A stretch of DNA of 64,000 nt from Kudoa neothunni (lineage: Eukaryota; Animalia; Cnidaria): NCBI GenBank assembly GCA_964304625.1, contig OZ199840.1:1008733-1072732 (forward strand), written 5' to 3'. A model generated the notes under the pieces. That model worked only from the letters and a program-made list of their open reading frames with translations. It had not been told where the DNA came from and did no database searches. Of the stretch, positions 1 through 13,316 are shown piece after piece. Within the stretch, counting starts at the first letter, position 1, and each line of letters opens with the position of its first letter. The position numbers and the translations under genes were made by a program.

Positions 1-39
1 AGTTATTTCAAAGTTCTTTAAAATTTAGAAATAGTCTCA

Positions 40-1750
40 GGAAATAAAACGTCCCACAACCAAATAGGATTCACGCACATATTCAGTCATGGTGGGTGAC
101 ACAAGAATGCACGAACAGAAAAGTTTCTACTTATTGGTAAATGTTTTTACTTTTCTTTTCAATTTGCGGTTGTAACAGTTGCATCGCTAAAGTCAAGGAA
201 ATCTTTCCTTGGCACTTGTATATTATTTTGGATACCATATATAATGTATGAATTAATAGAAGTTACACTTAATAAAATGTAAAAATAACAGCTGGCCATC
301 TTTTAGTTTTCCTATAACTGGAATAACTGGCACATATTAGATCCGTCGTGGCAATTCCTCCATTAGTGGAGTCGTAAAAATTAATCATCTCAGGAAGCTT
401 TTTCGGATGCTTTGTATTGATAATAGGCTTGTGATGAAATGAAATTAGAATAAGCACGGATTTAATCTTTTTATGTCCATAGGATAATAATGTAAGATTT
501 ATTGTAAATGAAAATTTTGATGTAAATTGCTCTCGTGTTTCTGAAGGTAAATGAGTGGAGGGGATTTCTTTTTTATTCTTTCTTATAGTTCCAACCGAAG
601 TCAAGACGTTGTTTAGTAATTTTTCAAATAGTGGGAGAGAAATTAACCAATTTTCAAATCTAATATTTCTCCCAGATTGTAACACTGGTTTTATAAGACG
701 CATTACGAAACACTGTGGAGAATTATCAACTTTATATACAATACCACATTGAGCTCCAAAATATACTTCGAGATTTAGTGTATAATATGTTTTAGAGTCA
801 CATAAATTATATATCTTGATGTCATATGTGGAAGGCTTTGATGGAATGTATTGATTGAAAATACATCGTCCTCTAAACGGCCACAGCATTCCATCAATAG
901 TAAGATACTCTGTGGGGCTGTAATATGTCATAAATTTGGAGTTGATATAATTGAAAATATCTCTTATTTTTGGAAATCTATCTTGATTTGAGTTCATTGA
1001 TTCAGTAGAATCGTCGTTATAGCGTAGGCATCTTTTTAAAAATTTAAATCCGTTACTGCTGAATGTCTTTCTGCAAATAACAAAACCAAAATCATCATCG
1101 GCCTAAAGTTCCTGCTTATTTGTTTGATTCTCTTTTTTTATACCTAAAAATGATATAGGTCAATAAATGCCTTCAATTCACACAAATCGAATTCAATGCA
1201 ATCCAGTAATCTTGTGAAATTTGACTGTATCTTCATCAGATGATTATTTGTAAATATCAGTATTCGATGTAGTATTTCATCAGTAATGGATAGACTTCAA
1301 ATTTGAGACTTTCTGTATACATCATCAGGCATTTTTATTTGATATTTCTCCATAATCATATCATGCTTTCTTTTCTTTGAAAATAGCCCCGCAGGCTTCT
1401 GGCACCAATCAAACTTAGTAGTATGTGGCTTTTAATTCAAAATAGACGAAGAGTTATCTTTATATTCATCTGTGTCGCCTTCTGTCACTTCATAACTATT
1501 GTTCTCGAATTCATCATCAAAAACATGGTACAGTCGAGGTCTTATCTATATGAATCTGATACTTCCGAATCAGTTTCATCGCTATGGAAGTTGCAAAATC
1601 TATTTTGGCTCATCGAATTATAATAAGTTATAGAATTGACAAAAATATGCGAATATGTGTGATATATAGGCACCAGTTATTGTAGAATAAGAGCTATCGC
1701 GCAAAAATTATAACGCGTAATCCATTGGACCCCATGCGTGCTACAAAGGG
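40..1750 (-). mobile_element. piggyBac transposon, degenerate: broken PGBD4-like transposase plus one terminus (the other end was not located and may lie outside the window)
   Basis: ORF 269-997 has piggyBac DDD-core motifs (TIDGMLWPFRGRC, QYIPSKP, GTIRKNK, FYDSTNGGIATTD, RKTKRWP). Upstream frames are broken by stops and frameshifts, and a Cys-rich tail remnant lies near 40-120. The terminus ...CTACAAAGGG|TTAA at 1741-1754 reads TTAA|CCC on the minus strand. Confidence 0.9.
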
Positions 1751-2363
1751 TTAATCAAAATTATTAAGTAACTTAAATAGGACTTTCAGTTCTTTTCAAA
1801 ATTTAGCGATATAAATTGATCCTCCTAGTTATAAAATTTATTATTAGTCTACAAACGATAAGAAAAAAAAATCAACCAAAGGTGCGTCAGAAATAAAAAT
1901 ATTAATTGTTCCTCTTTTTTTACATATTTATAAAGGATGTTAATGAGGTTTTAAAAAGTTGTGAGCGGTAACGTACGTATTCACTATTTTAACATAATTT
2001 ACCGAGTTGTATATAAATGCAACCTTTTTTTAACAAAAATACTTACTGCGTCAAAAATATGCAAATTTAATTAACAAAATACGATTAAATCTAAAATGTA
2101 AATGTGTTTTTGGTTTGAAAAATTAGAGGAATGCTTAAATATCAACTGGTTTTCTAGAAAGGAGTACACCCTTTTAGAAATTGTCATACTATTTGATTGT
2201 TCTAAAAAACTTTCTTCGTATTTGATCTATTCTTACATTAACAAAAACTTTGTGAAAATATCAGTTAGGTCGAGTAGAACAATAATTTCTTATTAACTTA
2301 TATGGCATGTATTGAGAGGGGGTTGTATTTTGTGCAAAAATAATCGTGAATATAAATTTTTAA

Positions 2364-2877
2364 CCCTTTCGACCCGAAATAAAATAAAAATTGAGAAAAA
2401 ATATTTTCCGTTATATATCATTTCTAGGTATAAACTTTAAATGGAATACACTCTCTTTTATTTACAAAGTATTATATATAGCTAAATAACTACATGATGC
2501 CATATGGCATCATTCGTTGTTTCATTTCCCGAACCCGCTATACATCATTATTTTTTAATTTTCGATCCAATTTTTAAAAATTATTTGCTTAACAATAAAT
2601 GATTATATTTTTTAAATATAAAATTCAGAATCGTTATTCCCGTAAATATCGGTACAATAATCCATTATCTGTTAACGCCGTTCACGCCGTTCACGCATAT
2701 TGTCTATTTATTACAAAATAAATAAACAACAGATAATTCTAAATTTTTAAATTCATTTAATGTAGCATGTGTTATAATTTTATACAACGATAGATTTAAA
2801 CTATACGTACAAAAATGGAAGAGATATTCCGATATCAAATCCGATGATGCTATATGGCATCATTCGGGTCGAAAGGG
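2364..2877. mobile_element. Non-autonomous piggyBac-type MITE (514 bp)
   Basis: Perfect 15-bp TIRs CCCTTTCGACCCGAA (2364-2378) and TTCGGGTCGAAAGGG (2863-2877), TTAA on both sides (2360-2363, 2878-2881). Internal 20-bp palindrome ATGATGCCATATGGCATCAT (2494-2513) recurs next to the right TIR (2844-2863). Confidence 0.92.
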
Positions 2878-3888
2878 TTAAATTCAAAGTCAATTATATT
2901 TATTTTATCGTTCCTTTAACGACAGTGTTATTCGATATAAGCAACATTAATCCAATCACCTTCATTTTCTTCTTTATTGGATTTTATTTTCATTTAGAAA
3001 TCATAAGTTCTTACAACTCATATGGCGTATTAATTACTTTAACTAACACGTCGATGAATTAACTAATCTAAAAGTTTGTTGGCAATATTGAATTTAATTA
3101 TAACGTGCTAACATTATTTATGTTTATTTAAAAAATATTTTAAATTTTTTATCTTTAATTAAACGTGCAAAGTAAATAATTTATTCACGTGTATTAAGCT
3201 CCCCTTTAAACAACAACACTTCGTTTAGCCTGAGTCCTTGCCTAAGCAACGAGCGAATGTTGCAGATCGTCTTAAGTACGTTCAAAAGTAGGAAAGAGTA
3301 AACTTTCAAAGTTTCAGTGGTATTTACATACCGAAAACAGAATTAGCTACGTATATCACTGAACCCATTAGCAAATCATGTGCACTGGTAATCTCGTTAT
3401 CATCAACCCTAATCTGGTTACTAAAGTTCACACTACAAATGCGCCACTTTATAAGAAAGCAGACAACCCCGTATATTTTTTAGTTACTTTTGCAATTTTA
3501 GAGTACAAAAACAATCTCAACTACTAAATAAAGTCTCTCTATAAGAAGAAGATAGATTAGTTCCCAGTAGTTATGTGAAATATTTCGGTCTAAAAATAAA
3601 CAACAAAATACAAAACATTTTATTAATTCACAAAACTATAAAATACTTTTAGTAATTAAAGTTATTTAGGAACTTATTTGATCAATAATAAAATAAATAC
3701 AATAGATTAATTTAATATGACGTTTTTTCCATAAAAAAATTTAATTGACAATAATTTTTTAAAATCCGTAGCAGACTTAATTATTAAATGAATTTGAATT
3801 CACCCAAAGATTTTTAGATCCTGAAACGCAAGAATTGGAGAAAGCGTAATATTTTGCGATATAAATATTATTTGATATGAAAAAAAAT

Positions 3889-5733
3889 GGCAGTGGCTAT
3901 TGGCACGGTAATCGATATCTCCGTAGCCGCTTCTCAGTTTATAACCACATTTCGCAAACTTATTTACTGATGTTTTTCCTACAAAATTTTCAATAAAAAC
4001 ATAAAACATATGTTTATCATCATGATAACCCCATTAAATAGAATGGAATTTTTAAAATAACAAATTATAAGCTGTTATTAACGTATATAATCTTTTAAAA
4101 TTAATTATAATCAGTATTTTCATAATATATAAAAAATGGACGTCCGCCATTATTCATTGGTTTGGACGTGCAAAAACTACACCACGTGTCAAGACTCGCT
4201 AATAATTAATTTAGATGTTTGCATCAAAAATATATAAACCCATTTATAATTTTTATGTTACGTAGTAGTATTAAAAATTTAACCTCTATTTTTCTATATT
4301 TGTAATATATGATGTTATGTAAGTTTTATGATAATTATTGGATAATGAATTGCCAGCATAAGAAAGTAGAAAAAAAATTTGGGATATTTCTTGGAATAAA
4401 GATCATAATACCAAGATATTTGTAACCGTTCTACATTAGATTTAATATTAAATGATTTCAGTTTTATTTTAAGGCAGTGATACTTATACGACGTATGAAT
4501 TCACATAATCGCACAATTTTAAATTCATAGATATGGAGCAAACAAGTCAATGCAATAACGAACCAACTTATTTGAGATAGGAAAGAAGTTTCCCTCAATT
4601 GATTCACTACGCGATACAATTTATGCTTATGAAAAGAATAAATGTTGTAATCTTAAAATATACAACTCAACATCTATAGTAAATGCACAGAAACGAATGA
4701 ATAGATACCTTAACCCTTTAATAGTTTATTATGAAATAAAATACGTTTGTTTTTTTGCTAAGAAACATGAAAATCGCGGAACTGGAAAAAGTACTTTTGC
4801 TAATAATTACTATTTTTATTTGTCATAAGTTAAAATTATCAAAAATTCCGACAAAGAATATGGTGATATTTTAGTTTGTGACTGTTTCTATTTATTACAG
4901 AAGTAAGTTATGTCGAAGATTCCTGCAACAAAAAAGATGACAATTTTTCAGGTAATATTCGTTTAAGAATTTTCTGGTGGTAGAACAACCGTTCAAATTA
5001 TCGTTGTTTATTATTAACAGAAATTACAGACCGAGCGGTAATAATTGATAAGTCATTCGATAAAAAAACAAGAAATGAAATATTGGAAGATGATTGTAAT
5101 GCTAATTTACATAATATCTCTGATATAGCACACGTATCAACATACAACGATATTAATCGCAACTTATTACATGTTCAAAATGAGATAATATCTAATAGGT
5201 CTTATTCTTCCCAATAATTAACTAAAATCAGTAGGAAGACCTAGGGGCAAAAGATTAACAGCCATAGGCCTACGAAAAAAAAGAAAACAATAATCGAATG
5301 TTTCCAAGTAAGCCATAACGAAAATTTATCGTTTGATTCCATTAAGTATACTTTTTTGGAAGTCAAATATTTCTATTTTTCTCATTGTGACAAAAATTCT
5401 GATGTAAGAAACAGCGCAAACAAATGTATAAAACAAGGTGGTCATTACCCGCGCGCCCAAACCAATGAATAATGGCGGACGTCCATTTTTTATATATTAT
5501 GAAAATACTGATTATAATTAATTTTAAAAGATTATATACGTTAATAACAGCTTATAATTTGTTATTTTAAAAATTCCATTCCATTTAATGGGGTCATCAT
5601 GATGATAAACATATGTTTTATGTTTTTATTGAAAATTTTGTAGGAAAAACATCAGTAAATAAGTTTGCGAAATGTGGTTATAAACTGAGAAGCGGCTACG
5701 GAGATATCGATTACCGTGCCAGTAGCCACTGCC
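3889..5733 (+). mobile_element. Internally deleted Mutator-like element (MULE) with ~280-bp TIRs and ZSWIM3-type transposase remnants
   Basis: 3889-4171 and 5451-5733 are near-perfect inverted repeats beginning GGCAGTGGCTA. The interior encodes FEIGKKFPSIDSLRDTIYAYEK...LNPLIVYYEIKYVC...RGTGK (~4570-4790, ZSWIM3-N-like) and GRPRGKRLTAIGLRKKRKQ* (~5234-5293), typical of the ends of SWIM/MULE transposases. No clear TSD. Confidence 0.85.
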
Positions 5734-7584
5734 TATTTTTAACCCAAGTTGTAGTAACGCATGCGCGCTTTAGATTTTTAATTAAAAACCTATATTTACA
5801 ATAGATCTATAGATCTATAGATTTTATCTATTAGAATCTGCTGTATTCAATAATTTTTAACGCTTCATCATCACTCTACATGACCAACAATAATTATCCG
5901 CAGTCAAAATAAACACACTTAGATATTACGTTCCATGTCAATAACCACCTTGATTAATGAAATGAAATCTTTATATTACCTAGAACAAATTCAATTATTT
6001 ATGTGTAATTCTGATAACAATTAATTTATTGAACTGATATAATAAATTTAAGAATAAAATTAGATTACGTAATTATAGCGTACTCTAAAAGATAAAATAA
6101 AAATCCTGCGAATAAATATGTCGTTTAAAAACCTTGTACATATTAATTATCATAATTTTTTTGCATTATATATTTCGTCATATTCCCCATATAAATGAAT
6201 ATCTTACATTCAAAGAATGTTTACCCCCAAAGTAGTCCGTAATTTAAATAGATATATTGAGGTTAGATTATTTTATGAACACAAGTTTGATTTCAAATTG
6301 AAATTTGGATATTCCAAATTCTTTTTTAAATTTAATAAGAACGACATAAAGTTTTTTCGAATATTTAGGGCGAAATTCTGGTCTTTTTGTCAATTATACT
6401 TGAACAGTGTGTGTATCTTCACTGTACTAGGATTAAAATTATTTCTTCAGCAATAGACGTTGGGTCGTCCCTCATGTATTTGTTAAATAATACAAATTTA
6501 ATTTTAATATGAGAATAATTAATATTTCCTAAACTTTGACGACTTAATATATTTGATTTGATGAATTCCATTTCATGTTCTCTAAGAAAATATTGTCACT
6601 TATTTCGATCACTTGTTCATCATTCTGGAAATGTTGATACACATATTATACAAGCGTTAAATATTGGTACATGGATAAGGTCCATAAACCTCTTGAAGTG
6701 GCATCTTCTTGTTATACAAACACAACTGTATCGTTTTGCCATTCGATCACCACTATCAAACCGTCAAACCGCCGAACCGCCAAACCCTTTTTGGTTTGAT
6801 TTTAATCGCAAATAATTTCAGTCGTTTTTGTATGAGCGCTCAAAGGCATTATCATGGAAATCTGTTGACGATAGAAAAGTATACATTTTGCGAAACTACC
6901 AATCGCGTGTCTCGAAAGATTAATCGAAAAGTAATCTCAATCTCATCACCCATCGCCCATGGGAACCTGTCAGCTTAAGTTAAAAATATAATTTCTTAAG
7001 GTTCTTACCGATTTTATTTTGATTCTTTTGAGTCCTATTAATGCGAAAATTAATTTCACATCGTTGAGTAATCATTTCGTATCTTTTTTAATGATAGTTC
7101 AAGCTGACGTTAGTCTTCTTTTTAAAAGAGTTATATTAAGTCAATTTCTTTCAAAATGAATACTCTGAATTTTTTAAATAAAACAATGAATTATATTGAG
7201 AGATACCGCTGAATATAAGGCCGAAATTTAATTTTTGAAAATAAATAAATAAATTGGGATGTTTAATGCACTTCTTTCATCCCATCCCGTCCCACCCTCT
7301 CCTAGGAGGATTAAAAATGAAGGTTGCGCAAGCGCATAATGCATTTAAGATTAACTTTTTATGAACCAACGGAGACAACCTTAAAAGTAAACGTATACTT
7401 GTTGTAATGTTCAATTAAATCTCAGTTAAGGTAAAAATCGCTTAAATACTACCCATAACAACGTCATTCAAATAAAACACAGAATTGTTAACAGTATAGA
7501 CAGCAATGTATGTATATTCAGAAAATAAAATAATAAAACATTTGAAAAGTGTATTAGAGTTTCTGGGGTAAATGTAAAGTGGGT

Positions 7585-8211
7585 TTATTTTCTGACAGAT
7601 TTTTTAAGAGTTTCCGGGGCATTATCCTTTGAAGCGGCATTCACATTCCAATAACGACTCAGAATATGAACCCAGAACAGATGCAATATTCGGCATGGCA
7701 CCTAAAAAACGTTGTTAGTTAAAGTATGCGATAGAATAGAAAATCCAATGTTACCAGTGCGTAGAGAAACAACATTCGATCTGAGAACACACTAGAACAA
7801 CACACCACTACTGTTGTGTATATGATAACATCTTTGACGTGTTCAGCCAAACTGTCGGCAACGTTGATGTCATTTAAACAACTACTTTCAGCCATATATC
7901 TTAGAAATAATAATGCGGCGAGATCAATCATAAAAATAAGTCCATATACAAGCTATTAAATTAAATTAATGATAAATGAAATATTGAAGTTGTTTACTGC
8001 AATACGCGCAGTCAATGAATCAAAGTAATATCCAAATCGGACGACCAACGTAAAAATCTAATCACCAAATTAGAATGTCCCTCATGAGTAGACATCAAAT
8101 GTCACACTGAATCTAACTTACCAGTGTAAGTATAAAGAAATTTATATAAAATTTTAGGGTGGACTGATTTTGTTTGGAGATTTCTTTGAGACTTTTGGTT
8201 GGCTTTTTCAT
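7585..8211 (-). CDS. TMEM208: Transmembrane protein 208 / SND2 (ER SRP-independent targeting), 4 exons, 154 aa
   Basis: Exons 8211-8122, 8057-7998, 7952-7755 and 7701-7585 with GT-AG introns of 64, 45 and 53 nt. They splice to MKKPTKSLKEISKQNQSTLKFY...DINVADSLAEHVKDVII...VPCRILHLFWVHILSRYW...*, matching TMEM208 motifs (TLKFY, AEHxKDVI, PxRxLYLLWVNVL). Confidence 0.9.
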
Positions 8212-8894
8212 TTGTAATTATTGGATGTCTGCGTGCGACTGACCCATATGTCACACTCGAGGTGTCAACAAAACATTAGTTTATGTCATATTTTGCTTCA
8301 ATTTATTTTATTATTTAATGATTTGATAATGCATTAACTCATCAAGTCATCTATAATCATGATTTTACATGACAAGTGTGAATGAATAGTTCATTTAACA
8401 TTATACATTTGGATTTTCCATCTTTAATTGTTTACCCTCGAACATCTGAGGAAAAAAGTTACACAAATATCTGGAGGTGGCCACTGTGACTCATTTAGAA
8501 AAATGTATTAACATAATAAAAATCTTCGCGCTCAAGGTTAAGAACATAATTATTTACGTTATTTTGTACATTTTAAAATATAATAAATTTAATTAAAATA
8601 AATCAATGATATATTTCTGTGAGGTTTGTATTGCGCAAGTGTGAAGAACAGGAATAATTATGCGTGTATATACTTTGATTGGTTTGAAAAATTAGAAAAA
8701 AACTGTTTTATTATTGTTTTATTTTTCATGTTTTTCTTGTATTATTATGTTAACAACCAAAGTCTTGTTTTATTCTCAAAATATATAATTTTGTTATGAA
8801 GTCCCTCACTTTTATTGATAGAAATATATTAAATATATAAATTCGAACTTTATAAATTGAAATTTGACATTATAAATTGATTTATAAATAAGAA

Positions 8895-8916
8895 ATATAT
8901 ATATATATATATATAT
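8895..8916. repeat. (TA)n microsatellite; similar runs at ~12953, ~25659, ~26868 and ~35024
   Basis: Direct reading of the sequence. Confidence 0.9.
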
Positions 8917-9729
8917 AGTCTTAGGATTCTTAGATTTTGAATTTTTAAGTTAGGATAAGATGGCCTAAATTAAACTTTAAACAACTATATTCAATTTAAT
9001 ATTTTTTGTTGATATGTAATTTAATAAAATTATAAATAATGTGCGCGATTCCTATGCCAGATTAAATTAGTTAATAGAATCAAGATATTATTGAAACAAA
9101 ATAATCTATTATTAAAAATTCCTCGCTTCAAAGTAAGTTTATAATTTTCATTTTACTGCATAAAATCTTTTTTATATATTTTACTAGCTAAATGTTATAA
9201 TTTATGCAGTGGGCATGCTCCAGTATGTGTGCAAATTTTCTTTGATTTTAAGCAAAAAATTAAACGTAAAACTCATTTATTGAAATAATTTTAAAGGATC
9301 CATCATACCATAAAATACTAATAGGGAAAAAGGAAATACAATATTTTGTAAAGGTTACTGGTATAATAGGCGCTGATTGGCCACCTTCAGTCAGGTATTT
9401 GGTATTCGGTATTCGAGGTTTAAGCTAATGTTTTCTAATATACATTTATAGCACTAAAATTGTACAGGAGAAATTCCCGATAAACCATGAAAATTTATGA
9501 GCATTAATAGAGAATACTGTTGAAGTATAAGGACGGATAGACATAATGGATACTTAAATTATTTATCCAGCTATTTTCGATAATTTTATTTTTATGTAAT
9601 TCTTTATATTTAAAAATTATTAAGATACAACTTAGCATATGAAAATGATAATTAAGATTGAATATATTATCAAATAAATATATTTTTGGTAATTAAGGGT
9701 TTTATGAATAAATAAATAAATAAGTATTA

Positions 9730-10020
9730 TCTACTTCTACTATATATAAAGTAGTAGTGTCCGTGTGTACACATTTTTCATTCTTTATAGAGAGACATAA
9801 TACTCCATTTGAGCACACATATGGAAAGATAAAATTTTATTTAAATAAAAAAATACGTAAAAAACTAGAAAAGGTTTCCATCCAACAAAATGACTAAAAT
9901 CATTTTCACGTGATATGATTGGTATGATTGGCATGATTGGCATGATTTGAGGATTTATGCAAACATATAGATCATTTTATTAAAATTATAAAATTTAATT
10001 TTACACATACCATAGTGTTC
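9730..10020 (+). mobile_element. Helitron-like non-autonomous repeat, 5' part (copy 1)
   Basis: Starts A|TCTACTTCTACTATATATAAAGTAGTAGTGTCCGTGTGT, like animal Helitron 5' ends. About 280 bp is clearly homologous to 17545-17820. Confidence 0.6.
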
Positions 10021-10172
10021 ATATTGTTTTCTATTTAAAATTTATCTGTATGAGAGTTAAAGGTTTCTTTTTATATTTTAATTATAAAATAGTCAAAAGG
10101 AAACTACTCCTCAAACTGTTATACTCTAAAGCTATTAATAATTAATATGTACAATAAAACCAATTTTAAGTA

Positions 10173-13100
10173 CAGTAGGTAACTGATCATACGCACTTTC
10201 ATCGATAGAACGTATTAAAAGTTTATATTGAGTGAAACTTTTTATAATATTTTTGTGATTGTAACAAGATAAAAGTCTTAAAAATATTTTTGAATTAAAT
10301 TAGGAAATTATCAATCTGTTATATCACGTGATTAACAGATAATACGCATTTTTGGGGCTAACCACGCGGAATAAATTGTTTTTATTGGAAGCAAGGGAAA
10401 AATTTTTATTCTGACGGTTGAATTATTGAACGAATAGTAAAAGTTTTTTGAGATATCTGTCAAAAAATGATCATTTTCATGAAAATAGAAATTGAATAAA
10501 TTTTATTTCAAGACAATTTCACTTGCCAATTAAAGAATATTATAGATGCACATAAATAAAAATTGTAGGATAAAAACATTAAGAAAATTTTTTACATTTT
10601 GCGCTAAAAAATAAATAAAAAATAAAATAGTAGTTATAATTTTTAAGAACTGGCCATTCACAAAATTTAATTCTAATGTAAAAGGGCATAAATATTTTAT
10701 CAATAAATATGATTAAAATAAAAATTGTAAATTATTTTTCATCCAAATAATCTTAATAATATTTTTTTGTTATTCTATTTAAATAAACGGAGTCAAACCC
10801 ATGCTGAAAAATGAAGAAAACTCAAAATAAAATTACCTGCGCACGCATCGCGTTGTGTATTATCCCTGTAACGTTTACCCTATTCAGCAGGTTCCAATTT
10901 TGTATTTTTGTAAGATTTTAATATTAAGTAAAAAATATGATATTATTATTGAATTTAAAAAGACAATTTTGAAATTTCACGTCCTTACAAAGATAAAGAT
11001 AAAGAAAGATACGTTGGTTTTTGCAATGTTGCGACAACAACGATAAACTTTCCTGATATGGGAAGATTACAACGCACATAAACAATATATGTAAGATACA
11101 TGGGAAAAAAAGGAATTTATCTAAAATAAAATTATAATTTTAATCATTTACTTGTGGAACAGCCCAGAACACTTTATATGAATATAATTTCCACAACTTT
11201 TACAAATATGGACGGCAGTGTTTTTACATACTACACACCTACGTCTTATTTTGTGAGGAAGAGACACCAATTCCTGTTTATTACATAGATTTGCGTTCTG
11301 CAATTTATCCAACAGAGACTTTCGACCAATGCTGGTTTTTGTGGATGTTATCAAGTCAGTCATTATATTCCTGACATTCTTCAGCAAGTCAATTTTTGTG
11401 TTATTCACAATATTATAAATCCTCCATGAATTTACTGCTGTCATTGATATAATTTTCGTAAAAAGGGGCCAGTACCATTTTTATCCCTTTATATTAATTC
11501 TATAACAAGAAATTAAATTATCGGCAATATCTACTTCACCCATAAACTTATTATTATATGCACACATCATAAATGGCTGACAAATAGTAATTTCTTTTTT
11601 CTTTGACCTATAGTATCTTTTCGTTCTATTGAGAGGGTGAGCGGTATAGCAATTACTCATTGCGATAACAGGTTTTGTATCATTCCATTGAGTGCAGTGA
11701 ATACCTTTCGTGATCATCAGAAAACATCTCAAATTTTCCCCTTGTTTTTTTTCCATTACTTTTTGGGGAGTAAAAGGGTAATTTGATATTCTGGTTGATC
11801 TTAGGGTTCCAGTAGCTTTGATATTTCTTCTTTTGAGCTCTTATAATAATTTATGAGAAGTGAACAAAAAAATTGAATAGCATATTAAGATCTTTCTCAA
11901 TTTTTACTTCATTCGAAAAAAAAGGTTACGATACTACCACCTAAACCATATTTTCTATCATAATTAGTTGACTTTCCGTTATACACGTCAAAATTATACA
12001 TATAACCGGGGGATGATGACATAACCCATTGCTTGAAGCCGAATCTAATTGGTTTATTTTTCATAAACTTTTTAGTGGAATGCCTACTAGTATAAGGTAT
12101 CATCTGCCCATCCATAGATATACATTTTTCAATTATTCCAAATTTTATGAAATTTTCGTTAATTTCTTGAATTAAAGCGCATACCTTAAAAAATCTACTG
12201 GTAATTTCAATATTTGAATTACTAAAATGAATGAATTTTTTTAGATTTGAAGCGTTTGTACGCCACCGAACTTTTAATAAGTTCAACACTAACGTCTGGA
12301 GAAGGTTCCCAATACATAGACTGACGTGCTAATCTATGATAACCAGACAAAATCAAAATTCCAATAAAAGATTTCATTTAAATAATCGTAACATGAAAGT
12401 CATAGTTGTTATTCTGGCTCGCATATAAATTAGATTGTTTCACGATGCGTGTAAATAAATTTTCATGAAATAACTCCAAAAAAGTTCCATAAGAATTTAA
12501 GTTCCCTTCAAGTATTGATGAAAAATTATCCATATTCCGATTGATTAACATAGTCTCATTCTGACATAAAAATTTTGATTTTTCTTGAGTAGAATCGACA
12601 TTAGTTTTATCAGTCCATATCAAGGTATCATCATTTACGAAGGATTCAAGAGCCTCAGGAATTAAATTGATGTCACATATGCCATTAAAATTGGATTCAA
12701 AATTATGTTCAGTATCTGTAAGAGCGTCGACTTTTTCAGGAGGTAATAACACAAAATCAATCTACTCTATATTTTCGTTATTTTCATACTCTTTGACTGC
12801 ATCCAAAAGATTCATGTATGATTTTGGCTCCATTATACAGTGATATTTAGAGCAGCGCATAATTACCCCATTCGGGGTTTTAGTTGCGTTTTCGCAACAC
12901 GTGTTTTTTACAAATAAACATTTTTTCATATCTTCTTTGATGCATTCATAATCATATATATATATATATATATTAAATGATAAACGGCAGTTTAATTTTT
13001 ATTTACTAAGATTTTCATGATCTGTGTTAGAAAATACTCTAGTTAGTGTTTGTCTAATTGGAATATCAAAAATAGCACATAAAGTCGTATTTTGTTCAAC

Positions 13101-13316
13101 CATAAAATATAAATTAATTGAAATAATATTTGTTTCCATAAATTATTATGTTTAGGGATTTAAAATAACAGAATACAATTAAAATATTAATTTTATATTA
13201 TTGTATATAATCAAATACATTTCGTTGCGTTTTTGCAACGAAAACCCTGAATGGGTGGGTTAATACGCACTTTTTTGATGGTCCTGAAGGGACTACGTAT
13301 TATCGGTTGCCTACTG
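10173..13316. mobile_element. Tc1/mariner (pogo-like) non-autonomous element interrupted by a piggyBac insertion
   Basis: Left end TA|CAGTAGGTAACTGATCATACGCA. The right end reverse-complements to CAGTAGGCAACCGATAATACGTA (19/23 identical) and is followed by TG. The ATACGCA motif repeats internally. Confidence 0.65.
10878..13259 (-). mobile_element. piggyBac transposon, near full length, with pseudogenised PGBD2/3-like transposase (~11148-12833)
   Basis: Consecutive minus-strand ORFs carry SMDGQMIPYTSRHS.K.FMKNKPIRFGFKQW, WNDTKPV, MGEVDIADNL and a C-terminal Cys-rich RRRCVVC..HICKSC..HIKC..FH. Ends are TTTA|CCCTATTCAG and CTGAATGGGTGGG|TTAA, with subterminal GTTGCG..GCAAC palindromes. Confidence 0.9.

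Noticed and set aside
3200-3470. GC-richer coding-like patch
   Set aside because: No recognisable motif or splice structure; probably a TE relic, but this cannot be supported.
3800-5804. Near-identical ORFs 3800-4009 (-) and 5613-5804 (+) as duplicated genes
   Set aside because: They are chance frames within the two TIRs of the Mutator element.
6540-7310. Possible hAT relic (CCCAT/CCCGT and AAACCG repeats)
   Set aside because: No paired TIRs, TSD or transposase motif could be identified.
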